A DNA stretch of 40,003 nucleotides. Origin: an uncultured bacterium (lineage in GTDB: Bacteria; Deinococcota; Deinococci; Deinococcales; Trueperaceae). The notes beneath the pieces were generated by a model that was not told the origin of the DNA, searched no databases, and saw only the letters and a list, made by a program, of their open reading frames with translations. The position numbers and the translations under genes are program-made. Below are positions 17,756 to 24,835 of the stretch, in pieces; positions within the stretch are counted from its first letter, which is position 1, and every line of letters begins with the position of its first letter. The stretch is taken from the NCBI GenBank assembly GCA_964393655.1, contig CAYMUK010000001.1, forward strand, positions 1 to 40,003. The letters are read 5' to 3'.

Positions 17756-18538
17756 TCACTGCGGCGAGATCAGCGCTACTTCCAGCAGGATGGACACATC
17801 GATAGCCGGCTCGACGGTGAAGGTGCGGCGCAGGCCATTGGGGTCACGTGGCGGCACTTCCACGACCGTGCCAACCAGAACCCCGCGGGGGTAAAGACCG
17901 CCTATGGAGCTGGTCTCTATGAGGTCTCCCACCTGGACGGCCTCGGCCTCGATGAAATCAGTGACGCGGACCAGGCCGCCGGGCAGGCCCATGGCTACGC
18001 CCTGACCGCCCCTGCCGCGCACGGTGATTCCGATGCGGGACTGCGGGTCCAGCACCGTCCGTACGACCGAGCTGCCCGAGGTTGTCTCCACCACCATGCC
18101 TACAAGCCCCTGGGGGACCGTGGCGATCATGTTGGTCATCACGCCGTCACTGCTGCCCTTGCCTATGGTCAGGCGCGAGAGCAACGAGCTGCTGCTGACA
18201 CCGATGACCGGTGCGGTCAGGGCAACGCCTGGCGACTGGTCAGTCTGGATCTGCAGCACCTCGGTGAGCTGCTGGACGGACAGGCTTAGCTCCCGGGTCC
18301 TGCGTTCCAGTTCGAAGATGGTGGCCTCCGCCTCGCTGAGCGCCTCGCGCAGGTTGGTGCGGTCCGCCAGTGCCTGAGAGGCGACCCGCAGGTTGGTGCC
18401 CACCCGGTGCAGCAGGTTGTGCGGCAGGGCCACGGCAGCGCTCAGGGCCGCTGGCGGCTGGCCGATGAGGCCGCTCGCTATGAGCGTCAGCAGCCCGAGT
18501 GCCAGGAATGTGAACCAGGCGCGCTGCAGACTAGGCAA
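17756..18538 (-). CDS. mreC: Rod shape-determining protein MreC.
   Basis: N-terminal TM segment, a coiled coil (EAEATIFELERRTRELSLSVQQL), and beta-barrel repeats GLVGMVVETTSGSSVVRTVLDPQSRIGI and GGLYPRGVLVGTVVEV. Confidence 0.85.
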   Translation of the reverse strand: MPSLQRAWFTFLALGLLTLIASGLIGQPPAALSAAVALPHNLLHRVGTNLRVASQALADRTNLREALSEAEATIFELERRTRELSLSVQQLTEVLQIQTDQSPGVALTAPVIGVSSSSLLSRLTIGKGSSDGVMTNMIATVPQGLVGMVVETTSGSSVVRTVLDPQSRIGITVRGRGGQGVAMGLPGGLVRVTDFIEAEAVQVGDLIETSSIGGLYPRGVLVGTVVEVPPRDPNGLRRTFTVEPAIDVSILLEVALISPQ

Positions 18539-19112
18539 GGGGCACCTCCAGCTGGCGGAACAGCCGGATGACGGCGGGCAGTGACAACCCGATCACGTTG
18601 GTGTGGCAGCCGTCCACCCTCTCCACCAGTGCGCCGCCCAGGCCCTGCAGGCCATAGCCGCCCGCCTTGTCCAGCCCTTCGCCTGTCGCGGCGTAACGTT
18701 CGATCTCGGCAGGAGCCAGTTCGCGGAAGGTGACTGTGGTGACCGGCGCTTCCTCGGCCCGGTGGCCGTTCGCCAGCAGAACGTGCCCGGTGACAACCTG
18801 GTGCGGCCTGCCCTGGAGTGCCTCCAGGAACATCATGTTCTCAGCAGGGTCGACCGGTTTGCCCAGCAACCGCTGCCCCAGTGCCACCACCGTGTCGGCC
18901 GCCAGGACCGGCATTCCGGGGTTCTCCCTGGCCACCGCCTGGGCCTTGGCACCGGCCAGGCGAAGGGCCAGTCGGCTGGGGTCCTCCCCCTGGCCGGCGG
19001 ACTCGTCCACGTCGGCGGCCACCGCGCGGAAGTTCGCGCCGAGTGCGCTGAGCAGCTGCTGACGGCGCGGAGACGCGCTTGCCAGTATGAAACTTGTGCT
19101 TGCGGGGGTCAC
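18531..19112 (-). CDS. maf: Maf-family nucleoside-triphosphate pyrophosphatase, GTG start.
   Basis: FILASASPRRQQLLSALG...ADTVV...GKP...KAGGYGLQG. It overlaps mreC by 8 nt. Confidence 0.9.
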   Translation of the reverse strand: MTPASTSFILASASPRRQQLLSALGANFRAVAADVDESAGQGEDPSRLALRLAGAKAQAVARENPGMPVLAADTVVALGQRLLGKPVDPAENMMFLEALQGRPHQVVTGHVLLANGHRAEEAPVTTVTFRELAPAEIERYAATGEGLDKAGGYGLQGLGGALVERVDGCHTNVIGLSLPAVIRLFRQLEVPLA

Positions 19113-19118
19113 CTGAAC

Positions 19119-19124
19119 AGTTTA
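19119..19124 (-). promoter_or_regulatory. -10 hexamer TAAACT (minus strand), 6 nt upstream of the maf GTG.
   Basis: Plus strand agttta at 19119-19124. No SD is present. Confidence 0.35.
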
Positions 19125-19177
19125 CCCGGCGGGTGGTTACAGCCCGGTGAGTCACGGCGATTCCGCGACCAATCGAC

Positions 19178-19183
19178 TAGACT
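19178..19183 (+). promoter_or_regulatory. -10 hexamer TAGACT, 6 nt upstream of the bcp ATG.
   Basis: cgactagactgatgccATG. No SD is present. Confidence 0.4.
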
Positions 19184-19189
19184 GATGCC

Positions 19190-19672
19190 ATGGACAACAA
19201 GCTGCAAACTGGCGACCAGGCACCGGATTTCACGCTGCCTTCAACAAGTGGCGACCAGAGTCTGAGCAAGTACCGCGGGCAGTGGGTGGTGCTGTATTTC
19301 TACCCGAAGGACAACACCCCCGGCTGCACGACCCAGGCATGCGACCTGCGTGACAACCTGTCCACGCTGGACGCTGTCGTCCTGGGGGTCTCACCGGATG
19401 GAATCGAATCCCACGAGCAGTTCATCAAGGACCATGGGCTCAACTTCCCGCTGGTGAGTGACGAGGATCACAGCCTGGCCGAGCGCTACGGCGCCTGGGG
19501 CCAGAAGGTGGTGTTCGGCAACGAGGTGACCGGACTCATCAGGTCGACATTCATAATCGACCCGGAAGGCAAGGTGGCCGCCGCGCTCTACGACGTGCGC
19601 CCCAAAGGTCACGCCGAGCGGCTTGCCGCCCAGCTGAAGGAACTGCGCGACGGGTACGCGGCAACTGCGTGA
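19190..19672 (+). CDS. bcp: Thioredoxin-dependent thiol peroxidase (Bcp/PrxQ peroxiredoxin).
   Basis: VVLYFYPKDNTPGCTTQAC active-site motif; 160 aa. Confidence 0.92.
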   Translation: MDNKLQTGDQAPDFTLPSTSGDQSLSKYRGQWVVLYFYPKDNTPGCTTQACDLRDNLSTLDAVVLGVSPDGIESHEQFIKDHGLNFPLVSDEDHSLAERYGAWGQKVVFGNEVTGLIRSTFIIDPEGKVAAALYDVRPKGHAERLAAQLKELRDGYAATA

Positions 19673-20361
19673 GCGACCCGGCAGCTCCCTACAAGAAACG
19701 GGCGGCTGAGGCCGCACTGGAGCAAGTCGAATCCCACATGGTTATCGGCCTGGGCACAGGCAGCACGGCCGCCTTCGTAATAAGCGGTCTGGCCGAGCGG
19801 CTTGAGAGCGGCAGCCTGCAGGGCGTCCGCGCCGTGCCCACCTCCGAGAAGACAGCGCAACTGGCGGCCAGCGCCGGCATTCCGCTGACCGGGCTGGAGC
19901 CCATGGGCATTGACCTGGCGATTGATGGCTGTGACGAGGTGGACGCGGAACTCAGGGCAATCAAGGGACTCGGCGGGGCACTTACCCGCGAGAAGCTCGT
20001 TGCCCGGGAGGCGCGCCGCTTCCTGATAGTCGCGGATGAGTCCAAGTTCGTCGCGCGGCTCGGTGAACGCACCCCCGTGCCCATCGAGGTGCTGGCGTTC
20101 GGGCTGAGTGCGACCATGGCGCGGCTTGAAGCCCTTGGCGGCGAGTGCATACTGCGCCTTTCCGCGGATTCGGAACCGGTCCTTACCGATAACGGCAACT
20201 TCGTGGTCGACTTCGCGGCCCCGGTCGGCTTCGAGCCTGCCGCACTGGGCCCTGAGCTCAAGGCGGTGACCGGCGTGGTGGAGCATGGCCTGTTCCTGGA
20301 CCTTGCTTCCGAGGCAATATTCGCGGGACCGGACGGAGAGCGTGTGGTGACGCGCGCATGA
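19669..20361 (+). CDS. rpiA: Ribose-5-phosphate isomerase A, GTG start.
   Basis: IGLGTGSTAAFVI, DGCDEVD, KGLGGALTREK. It overlaps bcp by 4 nt. Confidence 0.9.
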   Translation: MSDPAAPYKKRAAEAALEQVESHMVIGLGTGSTAAFVISGLAERLESGSLQGVRAVPTSEKTAQLAASAGIPLTGLEPMGIDLAIDGCDEVDAELRAIKGLGGALTREKLVAREARRFLIVADESKFVARLGERTPVPIEVLAFGLSATMARLEALGGECILRLSADSEPVLTDNGNFVVDFAAPVGFEPAALGPELKAVTGVVEHGLFLDLASEAIFAGPDGERVVTRA

Positions 20362-20720
20362 TCAGGGCCGTTGGCATTGACATGATTGAACTGGTGCGCA
20401 TAAAGGAAGTGTGGCAGCGTCATCCGAGCCGCTTCCTCTACCGGCATTTCACGGCGGAGGAGATCACTTTCGTCAGGACCCAGTCCGATCCGCTGCCTTC
20501 GGTGGCAGCCCGCTTCGCCGCCAAGGAGGCCTTCCAGAAGTGCTGGTTCGAGAACCACAGCTGGCAGGACGTATGGGTGGTGAAATCGGGCGTCAAACCG
20601 CACCTGGAGTTCTCGGAGAAAATCCGCAAGCAGATGGAGGCGGAGGGTCTGGTGACACACCTGTCGCTGACACACTCGCGGGACCATGCTGCGGCCGTGG
20701 TGATTCTGGAACAGCTTTAG
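20358..20720 (+). CDS. acpS: Holo-[acyl-carrier-protein] synthase.
   Basis: MIRAVGIDMIELVRI...FTAEEI...AARFAAKEAFQKC...LSLTHSRDHAAAVVILE. It overlaps rpiA by 4 nt. Confidence 0.9.
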   Translation: MIRAVGIDMIELVRIKEVWQRHPSRFLYRHFTAEEITFVRTQSDPLPSVAARFAAKEAFQKCWFENHSWQDVWVVKSGVKPHLEFSEKIRKQMEAEGLVTHLSLTHSRDHAAAVVILEQL

Positions 20721-20741
20721 GTCACAAGGTAAATAAAACGA

Positions 20742-20801
20742 GGAAGAGGCAACCGCCTTCTTGGTGTGCCGCGTCCAGGGGCACGGCGGGTTGCCTCTTC
20801 C
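20742..20801. terminator. Long hairpin (16/17-nt arms with a nested inner stem) between convergent acpS and the crp-family gene; putative bidirectional terminator.
   Basis: ggaagaggcaaccgcc (20742-20757) pairs with ggcgggttgcctcttcc (20785-20801) with one bulged g. An inner gtgcc...ggcac stem is also present, and an A-rich run aaataaaa precedes the hairpin. Confidence 0.6.
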
Positions 20802-20855
20802 ATTGCCTGTAAAGTTCGGTGGACGGCCTATACCGGCGCGTCAACCCTCAGTTGC

Positions 20856-21515
20856 TCAGCAGAAACCCTGCGCCACCTCGTCCAGCGCGTCGTCATCCAG
20901 GATCACGATGCTGCGGTAACCGGACTCAATCAGCCCGGCCGAGCGGAGTTCCGTAATGATTTTCGATACGCTCTCCCGCGTGCTGGCGGTGCCCTCAGCG
21001 ATGAGTTCGTGGGTTGCGGCAACCACGCGGTGGCCGTCGTCGTCAGTGCGCGACAGCGGGGTGTCCGCCAGCTGCAGCAGGTAGCGTGCGACGCGCTGAC
21101 GCAGGTCACCCGTCTGCAGGTGGTACTCGTAGTCCATCAGGCGCTGCATCTGCTGTGACAGCGACTGCGTGATGGCGAACAGGTCCGAGTGATTGATGAG
21201 TGCGGGATCGATGGCTTCCACGTTGGTGTTGGTGAGTGCCTCTGCCATCTCATCCCTGCGCAGGGCCGTGAAGGCCTCTTCCCCGAAGAAATCGCCCGGC
21301 TCAACGTGACGGACGGTGAGCACGCGGCCCTCCGGCGTCATGCGGGTGATTCTGACAAGACCGTCACGAACGCGGAACACCGACTTGGCGGGATCCCCGT
21401 TGTGATAGAGCGTCTGGCGCCGCTGAAAGCGGAGCATCTGACCCGGGATTTCCAGTTCTTCGCCATTAGTGCTGGCGACGTTACGGAAATCAGCTTCCCT
21501 GATGATCGTATTCAT
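20856..21515 (-). CDS. Crp/Fnr-family transcriptional regulator.
   Basis: cNMP-binding-like beta-roll (LYHNGDPAKSVFRVRDGLVRITRMTPEGRVLTVRHVEPGDFFGEEA) plus a C-terminal HTH (ATHELIAEGTASTRESVSKIITELRSAGLI). An AAGGAGG SD is present. Confidence 0.85.
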   Translation of the reverse strand: MNTIIREADFRNVASTNGEELEIPGQMLRFQRRQTLYHNGDPAKSVFRVRDGLVRITRMTPEGRVLTVRHVEPGDFFGEEAFTALRRDEMAEALTNTNVEAIDPALINHSDLFAITQSLSQQMQRLMDYEYHLQTGDLRQRVARYLLQLADTPLSRTDDDGHRVVAATHELIAEGTASTRESVSKIITELRSAGLIESGYRSIVILDDDALDEVAQGFC

Positions 21516-21603
21516 ACCCGTATTCCTCCTTGTTCAGCTGCTCTTGCTGGATCGGAGCGCCCCCCCAATCCGGGTAGTTCTGAGCTGTACTACCTAGTTG
21601 CAG

Positions 21604-21633
21604 AGTATAGGAACTTTTATGTCCGGTTGTCAA
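21604..21633 (-). promoter_or_regulatory. Near-consensus sigma-70-type promoter TTGACA-18 nt-TATACT for the crp-family gene.
   Basis: The minus strand reads cTTGACAaccggacataaaagttccTATACTctgc. The -35 is at 21633-21628 and the -10 at 21609-21604, about 85 nt upstream of ATG 21515. Confidence 0.5.
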
Positions 21634-21759
21634 GCAGGCTGCTCCATCCGCGTGGTGCACGGCATTATTAGAAGAGTGTTAGAGGGTGTTATGAGCGCAA
21701 TACCAATCCGTTTCCATCGTCAGGAAGTGCTTGCCGGCCAGAGGCCGCGAATTGCGGCA

Positions 21760-21765
21760 TATAAT
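21760..21765 (+). promoter_or_regulatory. -10 hexamer TATAAT, 8 nt upstream of the rnhA GTG.
   Basis: gcggcaTATAATcggcagccGTG. No SD lies in the spacer. The competing uORF interpretation is given in the findings. Confidence 0.4.
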
Positions 21766-21773
21766 CGGCAGCC

Positions 21774-22232
21774 GTGACTGCAAAACGTACAATCTGGACA
21801 GACGGCTCCTGTGAAACCATGACGGGTGAGGGCGGTTGGGCCTTCCTGCTCGAAGCAGACGGAACCCGCCGCCGCGTCAGCGGCTTTGAAGCCGGAACCA
21901 CCAACAACCGAATGGAACTGACGGCGGCGGTCCGCGCGCTTGAGGCGCTGGACGGAGCCAGTGAGGTAAGGATCGTCACAGACAGCCAGTACCTGAAGAA
22001 CGCCTTCACCAACGGCTGGCTGACGAACTGGCAGCGCAACGGCTGGCGGACGGCCGGCAAGCAGCCGGTCAAGAACCGGGACCTGTGGGAGCGTCTGCTG
22101 GAACTGACCGCGCAGCACAAGGTCAGCTGGGGCTGGACGCGGGGTCATTCCGGCCAGACCGAGAACGAACTGGTGGACACGATGGCGCTGCAGGCGCGCA
22201 AGACACGCAGCGGCGTGGACGAGATGCTCTAG
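21774..22232 (+). CDS. rnhA: Ribonuclease HI, GTG start.
   Basis: It aligns by eye to E. coli RNase HI: IWTDGSC...GGWAFLL...TTNNRMELTAAVRALEAL...IVTDSQYL...W..NGW...KNRDLWERL...W.W.RGHSG..ENELVD. Confidence 0.93.
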   Translation: MTAKRTIWTDGSCETMTGEGGWAFLLEADGTRRRVSGFEAGTTNNRMELTAAVRALEALDGASEVRIVTDSQYLKNAFTNGWLTNWQRNGWRTAGKQPVKNRDLWERLLELTAQHKVSWGWTRGHSGQTENELVDTMALQARKTRSGVDEML

Positions 22233-23338
22233 GTAGCGAGCCCTGACACGCGCGCCAGTAGTGACAGCAGGACTTCATAGCCCTCGTTCAGGGAACCCGG
22301 GTCCAGCCATTCGCTGAGCCGGTGCGCGTCGCCGCCCCGGTAAACACCGAAGCAGATTGACGGCAGGCCGACGGCCAGCGAGGCGTTGGCATCGGTCGAG
22401 CCAGCCGCGGTCTGCGGCTCCACACCATGCTCCAGGAGCGCGTCGCGTGCCACCCTGACCAGGCTGGTGTTGTCGACGAACGCTGCTGGCCGGTCCCCCA
22501 CCTTCTCGGTCTCCAGGGTCACCCGGTGCCCAGCCGCCGCCTCCTTCACCAGGTCCAGGGCCGAACGTTCCAGCCGGTCCAGCGTGGCGGCATCAACACT
22601 GCGCAAATCGAGGTCGAAGCTCGCGCGCTGCGCGATGGCGTTGATACTGGTGCCGCCCTGTACCGTGCCGAGATTGAAACTGGAACGGGGGTCGGCGGGC
22701 ACTTCCAGCCGGTTCAGGCTGCTCATGGCATCCGCCATGGCGTGGATGGCGCTGGGAGTCGGGTAGTCGCCCCAGGAGTGGCCTCCCTTGGCCTGGAAGC
22801 GGAACTCGAACCGCTTCGAGCCCACCGCACGGTCCACGATGCTGCCCAGGTGGCCGTCCACCGCAATCACGAAATCGAACTCGCCCTCATGATCCGCAAG
22901 CAGGCGGCGCATGCCGCGCAGGTCGCCCCTGCCCTCCTCGCCCACGGGTGCCGCCAGGGTGAGGCGTGGCAAGGGGCTGCCGATGTGCTTGAGCTGCTGG
23001 GCCAGGTAGGTGAGTACCGCCAGGCTGCTGCTGTTGTCACCGATTCCCGGTGCGAGCCAGCGGCCGCCCGCGCGCTGCACGGTCACGTCGGTCCCTTCCG
23101 GGAACACGGTGTCCGAATGCGCGGCCAGCAGGACCCGCGGCCCGCTGCCGCCTGTCGTGCGGGCGATGACGTTGTCGAGTTCATCGAGCTGCACGTCCAG
23201 ACCGGCCTCGCGCCAGAGATCCGCCACGAAAGCGGCGCGCGCACCCTCGTGGAAGGTCGGTGCGGGCACCTCGCAGATCAGGTGAAGCAGTTCGGCTATG
23301 GGACCGTGACTGTTCCAGCCTGTTTGCCGCTCAGGCAC
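22229..23338 (-). CDS. M20-family metallopeptidase / amidohydrolase (ArgE/DapE/PepT-like).
   Basis: LLAAHSDTVFPEG, GIGDNSSSLAVL, PVGEEGRGDLRGMR metal-ligand-type motifs; 369 aa. Confidence 0.75.
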   Translation of the reverse strand: MPERQTGWNSHGPIAELLHLICEVPAPTFHEGARAAFVADLWREAGLDVQLDELDNVIARTTGGSGPRVLLAAHSDTVFPEGTDVTVQRAGGRWLAPGIGDNSSSLAVLTYLAQQLKHIGSPLPRLTLAAPVGEEGRGDLRGMRRLLADHEGEFDFVIAVDGHLGSIVDRAVGSKRFEFRFQAKGGHSWGDYPTPSAIHAMADAMSSLNRLEVPADPRSSFNLGTVQGGTSINAIAQRASFDLDLRSVDAATLDRLERSALDLVKEAAAGHRVTLETEKVGDRPAAFVDNTSLVRVARDALLEHGVEPQTAAGSTDANASLAVGLPSICFGVYRGGDAHRLSEWLDPGSLNEGYEVLLSLLARVSGLAT

Positions 23339-23340
23339 GG

Positions 23341-24003
23341 TCAGTTCCCGTCCTGGAGGCTGGCGATGCCCTCGCGCAGCGCATAGAGCGCGGCCTGCGT
23401 CCGGTTGTTCAGCCGCAGTTTGGAGAAAATCTCCGAAAGCCGGTTGCGCACCGTCTTCTCGCTGATCTCCAGTGCCCCCGCGATCTGCTGGTTTGAGTGA
23501 CCCTGCGCCAGCAGCCGCAGGATGTCCGCCTCACGCTCACTCAGCTCGCTCAGACGGTGCTCGGGGTCTGCCGGTATCTCTCCCGACTTGCGGAACTCGT
23601 TCAGGATCTCAGCGGCCATGCCAGCGTTCAGCAGGGCTTCGCCGTCGGCGACGCGCCTGATTGAGTCGATTAGGTCATTCGCGTCTGAGTCCTTCAGCAG
23701 GTAACCCCTGGCTCCCACCTTGATCGCCTCGAACACGTAACGGTCCTGCCGGTACATCGTCAGGATTATCACCTTGGCTTCGGGATACTCGGCGAGAATC
23801 GCCTTGGTGGCTGCCACACCGTCGAGTTCCGGCATCTGGATGTCCATCAGTATCACGTCAGGCCGGGTCTCCAGCGCATGGCGAACGGCCTCGCGTCCGG
23901 TGGAGGCTTCACCGATGATCCGGAAGTCGTCCTCCGTCTCCAGGATGCTCCTGACACCCTGACGGAACATCGCGTGGTCGTCGCACAACAACAGTCGGGT
24001 CAT
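23341..24003 (-). CDS. NarL/LuxR-family two-component response regulator.
   Basis: Receiver domain ([13 protein letters not shown]...[14 protein letters not shown]...KVIILT) plus a LuxR HTH ([43 protein letters not shown]). Confidence 0.92.
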   Translation of the reverse strand: MTRLLLCDDHAMFRQGVRSILETEDDFRIIGEASTGREAVRHALETRPDVILMDIQMPELDGVAATKAILAEYPEAKVIILTMYRQDRYVFEAIKVGARGYLLKDSDANDLIDSIRRVADGEALLNAGMAAEILNEFRKSGEIPADPEHRLSELSEREADILRLLAQGHSNQQIAGALEISEKTVRNRLSEIFSKLRLNNRTQAALYALREGIASLQDGN

Positions 24004-24009
24004 GCGCCA

Positions 24010-24015
24010 ATGCTA
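24010..24015 (-). promoter_or_regulatory. -10-like hexamer TAGCAT (minus strand), 6 nt upstream of the response-regulator ATG.
   Basis: Plus strand atgcta at 24010-24015. No SD is present. Confidence 0.3.
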
Positions 24016-24077
24016 CAGCATGGGGCCGTGTTACTGTTGAGCGCAGCGCGGGCACGCCCGCTCACGGAGGAACCTGA

Positions 24078-24524
24078 ATGGCTCATGCCAAGAGCAGCCT
24101 GGCAGAAACGACAGTAAGGCTGGGGTTGGGAATTCCCGCATACAGCACAAGTGGCTCAGGCCCAAGACACGACCAGATTTTCTCGGCTGAAGTGAAGGTT
24201 GGTGAGGAAGTTATGGGCCGGGGCATAGCGAAGACGAAGCGCGAAGCGGAGCGGCTGGCGGCCGAGGAAGCGCTTAACGCCCTGGAGGACCGGGAACAGC
24301 AGGCCCAGCTCGATGAAGAGCCGCCGTTTGAAGGACCGTGGCCCATTTTCGGGCAGGTCCTGAGTCAGGTCATCGCAGTGGCCGAGAGCCGGGTGTCACC
24401 GCGGCTGAGCGGCGAGGAAGCCCGCACCGCAATCCGCGATTTCAGCCTGTCACTGTACAAGGACATTCTGGGCAACCTGGGCGAAGTTGTTGATGACGAC
24501 GATGACGATGAGGACGACGACTGA
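24078..24524 (+). CDS. Stand-alone double-stranded-RNA-binding-domain (dsRBD/DSRM) protein with an unknown helical domain and a poly-Asp tail.
   Basis: KSSLAETTVRLGLGIPAYSTSGSGPRHDQIFSAEVKVGEEVMGRGIAKTKREAERLAAEEALNALE matches the RNase III C-terminal dsRBD pattern (GPxHxxxF ... GxGxSKKxAExxAAxxAL). A GGAGGA SD is present. The C-terminus is DDDDDDEDDD. Confidence 0.75.
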   Translation: MAHAKSSLAETTVRLGLGIPAYSTSGSGPRHDQIFSAEVKVGEEVMGRGIAKTKREAERLAAEEALNALEDREQQAQLDEEPPFEGPWPIFGQVLSQVIAVAESRVSPRLSGEEARTAIRDFSLSLYKDILGNLGEVVDDDDDDEDDD

Positions 24525-24535
24525 CGGACTCCTGA

Positions 24536-24835
24536 TCAGGCGGCCTGTTTAGCCCAGCGCTCAATCCTGGCAAGCTCGTCCGTGGCTTTCTCGCGCACCA
24601 GCATCTCCCGCATCGATTCCGGCACGTCCACCCCTTCGAAGCCCACTGCCATGATGATGTCCACCATCTTCACGGCGAAGGCGCGCAGTGGCGTCTCGAA
24701 CGTCGCAGCTTCCCTGTCAGCCTCGGTGGCTGGCGCGAACTGGAGCAGTTCGTTCTCAAGCCCGTGCCGGGCGGCAGGATTCACGGTTACCAGTACGTTG
24801 CCGAATTCGGTCACGACAATGTACTTCTCACTCAC
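24536..24835 (-). CDS. Hypothetical 99-aa protein; no family recognised.
   Basis: The ORF overlaps the upstream crp-family gene stop by 8 nt, which implies co-transcription. It has a sensible amino-acid composition, unlike the antisense artefacts. Confidence 0.5.
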   Translation of the reverse strand: MSEKYIVVTEFGNVLVTVNPAARHGLENELLQFAPATEADREAATFETPLRAFAVKMVDIIMAVGFEGVDVPESMREMLVREKATDELARIERWAKQAA

